Shown in pieces: positions 1-13,000 of a DNA stretch of 64,000 nucleotides. The notes beneath the pieces are model-generated. The model worked only from the letters and a program-made list of their open reading frames with translations, searched no databases and had not been told where the DNA came from. Both the position numbers and the translations under genes were made by a program. How positions within the stretch are numbered: the stretch's first letter is position 1; each line of letters begins with the position of its first letter. This DNA comes from Veleropilina oligotropha (taxonomy: Eukaryota): positions 124,001 to 188,000 of the forward strand of contig JBEUKZ010000127.1 of NCBI GenBank assembly GCA_048128005.1, read 5' to 3'.

Positions 1-2
1 TA

Positions 3-600
3 TTTTTGACCTGCCTGTGAGGCAGGGCTAGATTCGTGGTCTGGCATCCGTTGGCGTCGGCTGATTGCTTTCTGTCACATAGAAGACGAACCGCTGGACC
101 TACCTTCATATTTGGTATACACCTTGTATACAATAAGGCCTTACCTAAGTTTAAAGTTGGGGTCACTGGGTCAGAGGTCAAAGTCATTTTCGTGTATTTC
201 CATTCTGGACTTGAAGATCGCTTTCTGTCGCATAGTAGACGAACTGATGGACCTATGATTTTCATATTTTGTATATATACCGTGTATACCATCAGGCCTT
301 GTCCAAGTTCAAAGATGGGGTCTCTGGGTCAAAGTTCAAGGTCATTTTCGTGTATTACCATTCTTGATTTGGAAGATTGCTTTATGTCACATAGAAGACG
401 AACCGCTAGACCTACATCTTTCATATTTGGTATGCACCTTGTGTGCCACCAGGCCTTGCCCAAGTTCAAAGATGGGGTCGCTGGGACAAATGTCAAGGTT
501 ACTATGAAATTTGTTATCGAGTTATTGATTATTTAAGCTCTATGGATCCGATGTATTATATACAAAAGGCAGGCCAGTATGAGGAGTATACCTCTAGTTT
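3..600 (+). mobile_element. Non-autonomous Helentron/HINE (DINE-1-like) element with ~3 diverged ~155-bp core repeats
   Basis: T-run plus subTIR/IR (GACCTGCC...GGCAGGGC), core repeats, 3' subTIR GGCAGGCC, short hairpin GAGG..CCTC and CTAGTT end; same family as 10012-16778. Confidence 0.75.
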
Positions 601-2745
601 AATATGTCTTGTGAAGTATATATATTATATAATTCAACACTTGACACTTTGCAATATAGAGGTTATGCGTTTGAATCGACCGTATAAACTTGTATTAAAA
701 TAGTTTTTAAAAGTCATAATACAAGCACATTTTTCACCTTGCTATCATTTGAAAACTTCAAAAATTTACTAGCCCAAGTCTTGAAGAGTTAGTTGGATTC
801 AATATTTCACTAGCACTGCTCCATATCACACTAGCCCGAATTTTAAGAAATGATAAAAGTAAAAATTCACTATAATCCTTTATTGTCGACATCGAAATTT
901 CCACAAGCAATAGGTCCTAATATATAAAATAAGTTGTATTCCCAAATTTTACCTTAATTATACAAAATCATTGAGTATGCAAAAATTATTTTCAATTTAC
1001 GACAGACTACATGTCTGACTAATGTGTTATAAGACAATATGGCGACATGACAGTTATTAAACATTCCACAACTGGGCCTTTCATTGCAAATTTGCCATTG
1101 TTATCGTTGATAGTTGAATAAAGAACACAATTTACATAGCACATTTCTTTTAAATAATCTAAACAGATAAATATCATGATCGTTTTAGAGGTTTCTATTA
1201 GTAGTGGTCAAATTTTGATAGAGTAGTATTTATATAATTTATGATAAATACGAAATATTGGTGTGTTATACAGGGATTTCGATGTTACTATTATTAAACG
1301 TGACATTTGTAACTTTATATATTAATGTGTACATGTGTTTCCCAATAGATATTGCATCATTTCCTAATTTAAATCAGGAAACATATAATTATCCAGCGGC
1401 CCCCGATTGGGTATAAATTCTCTATATGGTACAACATTGAGAAAAAACCTCCGTCCGTCCGTCACTGAACTCCTCCTAGAGTATTGACGCTATGGTCATG
1501 AAATTTTCAGTGTCATCAGGAATTACCAATGTGATGGTTTACCACCCAAAATATGCATTTATTAAGCAAACATATGCATTTATTAAGCACTTTTATGCAT
1601 TTTGTATATAGCCTATGTCTAATTTCATAGACCTAAATAACAATGACGTCACAATGACGTCATTACGACGTCACCTCTCTAACGCATCATGCTATTTACT
1701 AGATACGTTATACCATTGGAATCAGACGTTATTGATTCTGTAGCATTCGGCCCCCGCTTGGATAATTCACGTTATCAAAGGTTAGTTCATTATTATAGAT
1801 TTCACATAAAACGTATGTCCTATTTTACAGCTCGACTGAATCCATGTTCTTACAAGGTAATAAATATTTACGAAAAATGTTGTGTGTGTTTCGGCGTATA
1901 TTGTCTCTTTCCTTGCTTCACTTTTTCAATGATAAACAACGGAAACTCGAAATTGGCAATTATTTCCGATTCGGCCCCCGCTTGGTATGCAGTTTTACCC
2001 CCTCCCAGATCTTGTAAAATTGCACGTCTACTTTATTTATAGTTTAAATTACTAAAATTGAGTTAGAAACACTCTTTTTTTTAAATACGTATACTGATAT
2101 TGAAATTGTTGTGATGTAGAAATTGTCATGATAAAAATCACAAATACACAAGCCATTTTGATTTATCATATTAAATTTGACTATTTTCATTTCAGCAAAA
2201 GAACTTCTGATGAATATGTGAAAATAATTTGGCGACAATCTCCAAATTCAGGACAAAAGCGGCAAAAACATTCAAAGCTAATTGGACAGTTTTATAACCA
2301 CAACAACGAGTTTGCAAAACTTTAAGCCTGATGATAACCAGCAACTTGAACACTGACAAGATTTCATTACTGGTAAATCAAGAGTGATCAGTGAACATTT
2401 GCAAGCAAAAGTCCTACTGTTTTTCATTGCACAGAACAATAGTGTGTTCATATTCTTATTACCAAGTGCAATACTTGCTGTTTCCTGTAATTGTTTTCAG
2501 AAGTTCATTAATTTATAGTAAACACTGTAATATAATACTGTAATATGAATAATGCTCACTGTATTATACTATGTACAGTAACTCCATTGCAAATTAAATA
2601 TTTACTTGTAATTGAATTCAATTTATTTTCTCAATTAACATATAAGGTATAGTTAGTGATAAATGTGAATTGTTTTCCATATTATTTACCTTTGAACTTG
2701 AATTGTTATTTATTGTCCTGACAGAACGTCTGATTATCCATTCGA

Positions 2746-3016
2746 ACCCATTCAACCAGAATGAAGAATTTTCAAAGCCGAACTTTGAGTAAAGTCGAGC
2801 TTTGGGTACAGTTTAAAATTGATTTAAAATATAATTTGTTTGAGTTTTAACCATTTAGGAAGTGCATTACTGCTACTCATTTAAAACCCGTTGTATTCGC
2901 CATAATGTACTTCTTAGACCCGAACAATTTCTATTTTAAACCAATTTTAAAATTTACCCAAAGCTTGACTTTACTCAAATTCGGCTTTGAAAATTCTTCA
3001 TTCTGGTTAAATGGGT
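2746..3016. mobile_element. MITE-like element with ~85-bp terminal inverted repeats
   Basis: ACCCATTCAACCAGAATGAAGAATTTTCAAAGCCGAA... mirrored by ...TTCGGCTTTGAAAATTCTTCATTCTGGTTAAATGGGT. Confidence 0.75.
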
Positions 3017-3516
3017 GCGCATATGGCCCTAAGTATCGATCCATTCCTTTCCTGTCGATAAAATAAGAAGGTGTTGTCTTCAATCAGGAATTATCACACA
3101 TTGCCAAGCAATGCTGCTAACTGGTGAATTGATTGAGAGCTACGCTCTTAGCACAACTTGTTTTACATTTATGAAAGTTTACATAACAAAATTTGTCGAT
3201 GGTTTATGCAGAAATTATCAAAGAATAGACTTTAATTTGATTAATTGCATTATGCTACATCAGCAAAACTAGATGTAAGTCTTCTTCCACAGTCATAGAT
3301 GGGCCAATCAAGTGCAAATTATGCTGGCTTGATCATGCAGTGATCGAAGATGGAACAAGATGCCAACGAACCATTCAGTTGACAATGGAGTCATTGCCTT
3401 GCCAATGAAGGGCCAATCATGGGCCAGTGAAACCATTGACTTGCCAATGAAAATGCCATGGGCCAATGATGGACCAATGAGTTGCCAATGAAAAATTCAT
3501 GGGCCAATGACTTGTT

Positions 3517-3846
3517 TTACGAACGTTTTACTAACGTTTTCAGTAACGTTAAACCATAACGTTCGGAGGACATCAGGAAAACTTTCCCAGAAAACGTTAT
3601 GTTAACGTTATTAGTAACGTTTTACTAACGTTATAGCAGTAACGTTTTACAAACGTTAGCAGTAACGTTTTTACAAACGTTAGCAGTAACGTTTTATCAA
3701 CGTTAGCAGTAACGTTATATCACAACGTCCTCAAAACATCAAGAAAACTTTCCCAGAAAACGTTAATCTAACGTTAGCACAAACGTTTTCGTAACATAGA
3801 GCAAACGTTAGCAAAACGTTCTTAGAACATTTTTTTGTTAGCTGGG
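3517..3846. repeat. AACGTT-rich subrepeat block ending TGTTAGCTGGG, probably one end of a DNA transposon
   Basis: Many AACGTT palindromes; internal duplication of GAAAACTTTCCCAGAAAACGTTA. Confidence 0.55.
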
Positions 3847-4032
3847 ATATACCAGGACGTCCATATTATGGAGGGAGCACATACAAGTACTAGGTCATAT
3901 ACCAGGACGTCCATATTATGGAGGGAGCACATACAAGTATTAGGTCATATACCAGGACGTCCATATTATGGAGGGAGCACATACCAGTATTAGGTCATAT
4001 ACCAGGACGTCCATATTATGGGGGGGGGGGGG

Positions 4033-4286
4033 GAATTATGCTTAATATCCTGTATATTTATAACATCGAGGTTCAAGGCAGGACATGTCCGTGTTATCGC
4101 GGGAGGAAACCCCGGTTGCTGGGTAAACCCGCCCTCTTCGGCCAGTCACCGACAACTGTGCTTCATAACTTGAACAAATGTGTGCTGCCTCAGCCGGGGG
4201 TCGATCCCACTCCTGTTCGCGTCAGCGGAAACAAGCCAGTGAATTTAGAGTGGACACTCTACCCACTGCGCTACCGAAGCGGCCTC
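4033..4286 (-). mobile_element. tRNA-derived SINE
   Basis: Minus strand starts GAGGCCGCTTCGGTAGCGCAGTGG (A box), B-box-like GGGATCGACCCC; 3' part shared with copies at ~52960 and ~58120. Confidence 0.7.
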
Positions 4287-4564
4287 CATATTATGGAGGG
4301 AGCACATACCAGTATTAGGTCATATACCAGGACGTCCATATTATGGGGGGAGCACATGCAAGTATTAGGTCATATACCAGGACGTCCATATTATGGAGGG
4401 AGCACATACAAATATTAGGTCATATACCAGGACGTCCATATTATGGAGGGAGCACATGCAAGTATTAGGTCATACACCAGGACGTCCATATTATGGAGGG
4501 AGAACATGCAAGTATTAGGTCATATACCAGGACGTCCATATTATGGAGGGAGCACATACCAGTA

Positions 4565-5663
4565 TCTATACTATAATCGTGGAGAGTTTGTCTGTCTGTG
4601 TGTCTCCTATAGGCTCCCAAACGGCTGGACCGATCTGCACCAAATTTGGCATGTCAACTAAGGGTACCAAGGCGGTGGTTATGGCGCTTTCACATTTCTT
4701 TTTTTGGGGGGGCGGGTTTTTTTTTGGGGGGGGGGGTAATTTTCATAACACTTATAACGTTACAAGACTTTTCATCCCCGTCGATTCTGACGTCATCCAA
4801 TGACGATTATTCAAAAGCGTCATCGTAATGACGTCATTCCACAACGGAAGCATTAATGCGACGTCGAGTCTGCGCACTTCACCTGTTGTTGACAGTCGGT
4901 TGCCATCGTCACCTGTGTCGCAGTTAGCACTCAGTGGAAATCTTTCGTGGAATCTTAGAGGCGTTCAAGATAAGAAATTAGGAGATCTAGATGATGGTAA
5001 TGTTTACATCAACAAATGCAAAGTGATTTACTGAATCTAACCCTATAATTAGTAGATAACTTTTCATATCCGATTAAAGAGTAATTACGACTGAAGCAAC
5101 GTTTCTATGCGGAATGACGTCACGGCTGGACGCGCTGCATCGTCACCAAACTCCATCCGAATCTGATCGAAGCTATCATCTCAACGGGACCATACAAGGG
5201 AGAACCGGTGCTGATTCCACGAATTCCCCTGATCCCTTCAGACAGCGACCTTCCCTTCCAATTTAGGCGCCTGCAGTTCCCAGTCAAGCCATGCTTCGCC
5301 ATGACGATCAACAAAAGTCAAGGCCAAACGTTCTTCGAGGTGGGCATAGATCTGACCAACCCGAGCTTCACCCATGGAATGTTCTATGTCGCCTGCTCAC
5401 GTGTCGGTGCACCTCAGGCACTGACAATCATGGCTCCCAGCAAGAAGACACGCAATGTCGTCTACAAGGAGGCACTCAACTGAACTGTATTTTCTTGATC
5501 TCTTTCATCTCTCATTTCACTAAATATTCAGAAACCCTCGTATTGAACTTACCGTGTCAGAAAAGTCCATTACAATATATTCGTAAATTCACTTGCAAAT
5601 TTTATTGGATGGTTATTGATGAGGTGGGGAGACTCACCCGTCGAAGACGGGTACCCTGGCTAG
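4565..5663 (+). mobile_element. Internally deleted Helitron
   Basis: 5' TCTATACTATA, 3' hairpin CCCGTCGAAGACGGG then CTAG, inserted between A and T with no TSD. Confidence 0.92.
5121..5483 (+). pseudogene. Helitron RepHel Pif1-helicase C-terminal fragment
   Basis: LIPRIPL...FRRLQFPVKPCFAMTINKSQGQT...FTHGMFYVACSRV...TRNVVYKEAL (Pif1 motifs V/VI). Confidence 0.92.
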
Positions 5664-6634
5664 TTAGGTCATATACCAGGACGTCCATATTATGGAGGGA
5701 GCACATACAAGTATTAGGTCATATACCAGGACGTCCATATTATGGAGGGAGCACATACAAGTATTAGGTCATATACCAGGACGTCCATAATATGGAGGGA
5801 GCACATACCAGTATTAGGTCATACACCAGGACGTCCATATTATGGAGGGAGCACATACAAGTATTAGGTCATATACCAGGACGTCCATATTATGGAGGGA
5901 GCACATACAAGTATTAGGGTTTGTAGGCAACTTTCTTTTACGACCCTTTAGCAATTTTTCAGTGGTATGACAGTTGGGACACCCGGTTTATGCCTTCTAT
6001 TATTTTAAGCGGCTGAATGAACCGCCACTGGTCTCGAACACGGGACCAACTAACAGGTTTGGTTGAGTACCTGACGATCTAATCACTCACCCACCGAAGC
6101 CGCTATAGGTATCAGGGAACACCCCCCAACCTTCACATCAAACTCTTATCCACCTTGTCCACATATTCATAACACGTAAACATGTTGAGATAAATCATCC
6201 TTTATGTACATAAAATATATTTCTCACAAGAAAAAAATGAATATCTATTGTAAAAAATGACAAACTTAAACTGAAAAATGTTTGGAGAAGACACCACATT
6301 TATATTGTATAAATATCAACCACTAGTAATCACTGTTATATTGACACACTGGATTTATGACCGAAGTACAACATGATTTTATCAACAGCAGTTAAATATG
6401 ACAACCAGTTATTTTATCTTGTAGGTAGGATTCAAACTATATACATATCAATAAGGCAATGATGAATCCAGATACAAACTGACAGCTATTAACATGGATA
6501 TCATGAACTCCAATAACCATTACTACTCCATACATTTAAATTGCACAACAATTTGCTGTCTCTATTACATACAGTATTCTAGTTATGCCCCCGAGCCACA
6601 ACAATGTGCTGTCTCCATTACATACAGTATTCTA

Positions 6635-9470
6635 GTTATGCCCCCGGCTCGACTAGTCGGCCAGGGGGCATTATGTTTTTAGTCTGTCCGTCCGTGTGTC
6701 CGTAACAGATTGAACTCACCTATCTTTTTCGATGTTAATCATGAGCGAACTTCTTCAAACTTAATATGCTATTAGATATAAGTATGAACTATCAAGAGTT
6801 CGAATATTGAATGAAAATATTTATTTTTTACCACATTTTAAAAATTAGTCTCTGGAGCTTCATTTCTGATCTCATGCAATAAGAAACTCACCTACCTTTT
6901 TCGATGTTAATCAATAATCATCTTCTTCAAACTTCATAAGCTATCATATATAAGTAAAAACTATCATGAGTTCGAATGTTGAATGAAAATATTTAATTTT
7001 TACTCCATTTGTTACGTTTTTGAACCTAGTCTCTGGAGCATTACCGGTATTTATGATCCCATGCTATAAGGAACTCGCCTATCTTTTTTTATGTTAATCA
7101 ATATTATAGCCACCTTCTTCAAACTTCATATGCTATTATATATAAGTATGAACTATCATGAGCTCTAATATTGAATGAAAACGTGTATTTTTTACCACAT
7201 CTTTCACGTTTTTGGACATAATCTCTGGGGCTTCATTTCTTATCTCATACTATAAGAAACTCACCTATTGTCCCCCGCCGCGAGCGGACGGGGGACATAA
7301 GTATTCACGTCCGTGCGTCCGTCCGTCACAGATTTTCTCACATCTTTTTTTGTCATTTTGAGAAATGCTGGCGTTCCGAAACTTTGCAGGTCAATTAACC
7401 ACATCATTGGGTAGATCAAGTTCGAATATTGGTAATTTATTATGAAAAGTTATGTTATTTTGGCAACTTTTCGGCGATTTTGAACATAGTCTCTGGAAGC
7501 ATAGATGTGATCAATTTTCTCACATCTTTTTTTGTGATTTAGAGAAATGCTAGCTTTCCGAAACTTTACAGGTCTATTAACCACATCATGGGGTATATTA
7601 AGTTCGAATATTGAGAATTTATTTTACAAATTTAATATAATTTTTGACAACTTTGGACTTAGTCTCGCGAAGTAAAATTTTGACCAAAAACTCACTAAAT
7701 TATTTTTCCTTTACAGAAATGCTAGCTTTCTGAATCTTTACGTATCAATTAACTATGTTATAGGCTACATCAAGTTGGAATAATGAAAAGTTATTTTAAA
7801 AATTCAATATTTCAAATGGACTTAGTCTCGTGAAGTAAAATTATGACCAAAATCTCACTAAATTATATTTCCTTTACAGACATGCTAGCTTTCTGAATCT
7901 TTACAGACCAATTAACTACATTATAGGCTACATCAAGTTCGAGTTATGAAAAAATATTTTAAAGATTTAATATAGTTTTTGCAACTTTTGACTTTGCCCC
8001 TGGAAGTAAAACTTTGGGCACAAACTCATTAAATTATGTTTCCTTTACAGACATCCTGGGTTTCTGAATCTTTACAGATCAATTAACCATATTATAGGCT
8101 ACGGTACATCAAGTTTGAATATTGAAAAATTAGTTAAAAAATTTAATATATTTTTTTTGACAACTTTGGACTTAGTCCCGTGAAGTAAAATTTTGACCAA
8201 AAACTCACTAAATTGTTTTACCTTTAGAGACATGCTAGCTTTCTGAATCTTTACAGATCAATTAACCATATTATAGGCTACATCAAGTACGAATAATAAA
8301 AAAATATTTTAAAAATGTAATATATTTTATGGCATCTTTGGACTTAATCTCTGAAAGTAAAACTGTGACCACAAACTCACTAAATTATTTTCCTTTACAG
8401 ACATGCTACCTTTCTGAAACTTTACAGATCAATTAAGCACATTATAATCTACACCAAGTTCGAATAATGATAATTTATTTATAAAATTTAATATTTTTTA
8501 CACATTATTGTCGTTGTTTGATGACTATTAATTGAGCGTTCTTTTTGCAATCAATCGTCCATTTATTTGGAAACCATGGGGTGTTTGGTGTGGATTGAGA
8601 TGTTTTCATTATACTCATACGTCTTTTTAACACACATCATAATTGTTTTCAGCGCTCTCTATATTATAGCGAGCACGAAGTGTGAGCTCTGTAGAAGACT
8701 AATATGTATGTGAAGAAAATAATGAATGAAAAAATTCAACAAAATCGAATAGGCTTACCTCAGTTACTATTTGAACGGAAAAACGAAATTCTGGAATTCT
8801 GGGATTGATTTGACAGAACATGGTCTTGATCATTTATGGGTAATATCCTTATCGAACGTTTAGCACGTTTAGCACGTTTGTCATCTTGGTTACACTTCAG
8901 GGCGATTCGGTAAATTCCGTTTCGCGGAATTTACCGAATCAAACTGGGGTCAGGTCATGGAACGGTCAAATCCTGTTATCGTAGCCCTCGACTATTTTAA
9001 GTTATGTAACATGCTGATGCAGTATATATTCTATCATCTGCGTGCTTGTCTCTAGGTAGCACCTACAGCATTAAGTCTCTAATAATAAGTCATGATTGTC
9101 GATAACCAATGTTTGCCAAATTCTGATAATCAATACAGTGGCCTAGTTGAAATGTCATTACTGTTTCTGGGAGCCTGCATTTTGTTAAAAAATTCAGTTC
9201 ATTTATCAATGTTGGAGGCGGGGGACAATCGCCATTTAGTGGCAATCACTTGTTTTTTATGTTAATCAAGAGCCATCTCATTCAAACTTGATAATCTATT
9301 AGAAATATGTATGAACTATCATGAGTTCGAATATTGTATGAAAATGTTTATGTTTAACACATTTTTTTACGTTTTAGAACATAGTCTCTGGAACTTCATT
9401 CATGCTATAAGAAACTCACCGACCTTTTTCGATGTTAGTCAATAGCCATCTACTTCAAACTTCATAAACT
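6635..9470 (+). mobile_element. HINE-like element with ~180-bp core repeats; host of a nested element; 3' end not identified
   Basis: TTATGCCCCC...GGGGGCAT IR, GTCC microsatellite, repeats starting AACTCACCTA that resume after 9253. Confidence 0.65.
7268..9253 (+). mobile_element. Nested HINE-like element with ~180-bp internal repeats
   Basis: 5' TTGTCCCCCGCC...GGGGGACA, (GTCC)n, several core repeats, 3' GGCGGGGGACAA subTIR, GCCA..TGGC hairpin, CTTGTT; inserted in a T-run. Confidence 0.78.
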
Positions 9471-10011
9471 ATTATATATAAGTACTAGCGGGTACTGTAA
9501 ACTGGTGATTTTGATAAAATCCCCCATTTCCCCCTCCCACATTACTAGCTCCCCTTTTCACACACCCCATGTTGCGCACCAACCCCCCCCCCCCGCACAC
9601 ACACTTTACCTTCCATTTCTCCCCCTCCACTTTACCTCCCCATTTCCCCCCCCCCAACTTAGATGGGATACCTCAGCGGCTTTTTTTCAAATCTTCTTGA
9701 TGCGAATTTACATTGAGGTGGGACTTCCTCTTATATACAATAGCTTCCAATGCAGCGGTTCATGCTAAAAATATGCTGTGATTGAAACTGTTATCTAATA
9801 ATTGTAATACTTTATGCTGCATTTTAACTTGCGAATCATCAAATGAGTAGGAGATAAATACGCACAATATCCCATTTGTAGTTTTCTTTCGTATGTAAAT
9901 TTAGTAACGAAGCGGAATCAGCATCTTTAATTAATTAACAAGGCTTCGCAACTTTGGAATGCCTGTGCAAATGCTTTGTGCACTGTATACTTACGCTCAG
10001 CAGAATGATAG

Positions 10012-13000
10012 ACTAGAGGTACGATCCTCATACAGGCCCGCCTTTTGGATATATAAATCCATAGGGAGGAAAATAATCAATAACTCTATATCTTCAAAGT
10101 GCCATCTGGAACGGAAATACACGAAAATGACCTTGACCTTTGACCCAGAGACTCCATTTTTGAACTTAACCAAGGCCTGATGGTATACAAGGTGCATACC
10201 CAAGATGAAAGCTGTAGGTCCAGCGGTTCATCTTCTATGTGACAGAAAGCAATCTTCGAAGTGCCAGAACGGAAATACACGAAAATGACCTTGACCTTTG
10301 ACCCAGCGACCCCATCTTTGAACTTGAGCAAGGCCTGATGGTATACAAGGTGCATTCCCAAGATGAAAGCTGTAGGTCCAGCGGTTCATCTTCTATGTGA
10401 CAGAAAGCAATCTTCGAAGTGCCAGAACGGAAATACACGAAAATGACCTTGACTTTTGACCCAGCGACCCCATCTTTGAACTTGGGCTAGGCCTGATGGT
10501 ATACAAGGTGCATACCCAAGATGAAAGCTGTAGGTCCAGCGGTTCATCTTCTATGTGACAGAAAGCAATCTTCGAAGTGCCAGAACGGAAATACACGAAA
10601 ATGACCTTGACCTTTGACCCAGCGACCCCATCTTTGAACTTGGGCAAGGCCTGATGGTATACAAGGTGCATTCCCAAGATGAAAGCTGTAGGTCCAGCGG
10701 TTCATCTTCTATGTGACAGAAAGCAATCTTCGAAGTGCCAGAACGGAAATACACGAAAATGACCTTGACCTTTGACCCCATCTTTGAACTTTGGCTAGGC
10801 CTGATGGTATACAAGGTGCATACCCAAGATGAAAGCTGTAGGTCCAGCGGTTCATCTTCTATGTGACAGAAAGCAATCTTCGAAGTGCCAGAACGGAAAT
10901 ACACGAAAATGACCTTGACCTTTGACCCAGCGACCCCATCTTTGAACTTGAGCAAGGCCTGATGGTATACAAGGTGCATAGCCAAGATGAAAGCTGTAGG
11001 TCCAGCGGTTCATCTTCTATGTGACAGAAAGCAATCTTCGAAGTGCCAGAACGGAAATACACGAAAATGACCTTGACCTTTGACCCAGCGACCCCATCTT
11101 TGAACTTGGGCAAGGCCTGATGGTATACAAGGTGCATAGCCAAGATGAAAGCTGTAGGCCCAGCGGTTCATCTTCTATGTGACAGAAAGCAATCTTCGAA
11201 GTGCCAGAACGGAAATACACGAAAATGACCTTGACCTTTGACCCAGCGACCCCATCTTTGAACTTGGGCAAGGCCTGATGGTATACAAGGTGCATACCCA
11301 AATTGAAAGCTGTAGGTCCAGCGGTTCATCTTCTATGTGACAGAAAGCAATCTTCGAAGTGCCAGAACGGAAATACACGAAAATGACCTTGACCTTTGAC
11401 CCAGCGACCCCATCTTTGAACTTGGGCTAGGCCTGATGGTATACAAGGTGCATTCCCAAGATGAAAGCTGTAGGTCCAGCGGTTCATCTTCTATGTGACA
11501 GAAAGCAATCTTCGAAGTGCCAGAACGGAAATACACGAAAATGACCTTGACCTTTGACCCAGCGACCCCATCTTTGAACTTGGGCTAGGCCTGATGGTAT
11601 ACAAGGTGCATACCCAAGATGAAAGCTGTAGGTCCAGCGGTTCATCTTCTATGTGACAGAAAGCAATCTTCGAAGTGCCAGAACGGAAATACACGAAAAT
11701 GACCTTGACCTTTGACCCAGCGACCCCATCTTTGAACTTGGGCAAGGCCTGATGGTATACAAGGTGCATACCCAAATTGAAAGCTGTAGGTCCAGCGGTT
11801 CATCTTCTATGTGACAGAAAGCAATCTTCGAAGTGCCAGAACGGAAATACACGAAAATGACCTTGACCTTTGACCCAGCGACCCCATCTTTGAACTTGGG
11901 CAAGGCCTGATGGTATACAAGGTGCATACCCAAATTGAAAGCTGTAGGTCCAGCGGTTCATCTTCTATGTGACAGAAAGCAATCTTCGAAGTGCCAGAAC
12001 GGAAATACACGAAAATGACCTTGACCTTTGACCCAGCGACCCCATCTTTGAACTTGGGCTAGGCCTGATGGTATACAGGGTGCATTCCCAAGATGAAAGC
12101 TGTAGGTCCAGCGGTTCATCTTCTATGTGACAGAAAGCAATCTTCGAAGTGCCAGAACGGAAATACACGAAAATGACCTTGACCTTTGACCCAGCGACCC
12201 CATCTTTGAACTTGGGCTAGGCCTGATGGTATACAAGGTGCATACCCAAGATGAAAGCTGTAGGTCCAGCGGTTCATCTTCTATGTGACAGAAAGCAATC
12301 TTCGAAGTGCCAGAATGTAAATACACGAAAATGACCTTGACCTTTAACCCAGCGACCCCATCTTTGAACTTTGGCTAGGCCTGATGGTATACAAGGTGCA
12401 TACCCAAGATGAAAGCTGTAGGTCCAGCGGTTCATCTTCTATGTGACAGAAAGCAATCTTCGAAGTGCCAGAACGGAAATACACGAAAATGACCTTGACC
12501 TTTGACCCAGCGACCCCATCTTTGAACTTGGGCTAGGCCTGATGGTATACAAGGTGCATACCCAAGATGAAAGCTGTAGGTCCAGCGGTTCATCTTCTAT
12601 GTGACAGAAAGCAATCTTCGAAGTGCCAGAACGGAAATACACGAAAATGACCTTGACCTTTGACCCAGCGACCCCATCTTTGAACTTGGGCTAGGCCTGA
12701 TGGTATACAAGGTGCATACCCAAGATGAAAGCTGTAGGTCCAGCGGTTCATCTTCTATGTGACAGAAAGCAATCTTCAAAGTGCCAGAATGGAAATACAC
12801 GAAAATGACCTTGACCTTTAACCCAGCGACCCCATCTTTGAACTTTGGCTAGGCCTGATGGTATACAAGGTGCATACCCAAGATGAAAGCTGTAGGTCCA
12901 GCGGTTCATCTTCTATGTGACAGAAAGCAATCTTCGAAGTGCCAGAACGGAAATACACGAAAATGACCTTGACCTTTGACCCAGCGACCCCATCTTTGAA

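Larger units (their letters stand above)
3847..5918. repeat. 50-bp minisatellite (ATACCAGGACGTCCATATTATGGAGGGAGCACATACAAGTATTAGGTCAT) interrupted by a SINE and a Helitron
   Basis: 50-bp period; the array resumes after both insertions. Confidence 0.93.

Noticed and set aside
4180..4286. tRNA gene
   Set aside because: A/B boxes are present but there is no cloverleaf; it continues into a body shared with other dispersed copies, so it is a SINE head.
3918..4661. ORFs MEGAHTSIRSYTRTS...
   Set aside because: Translations of the 50-bp minisatellite and antisense SINE.
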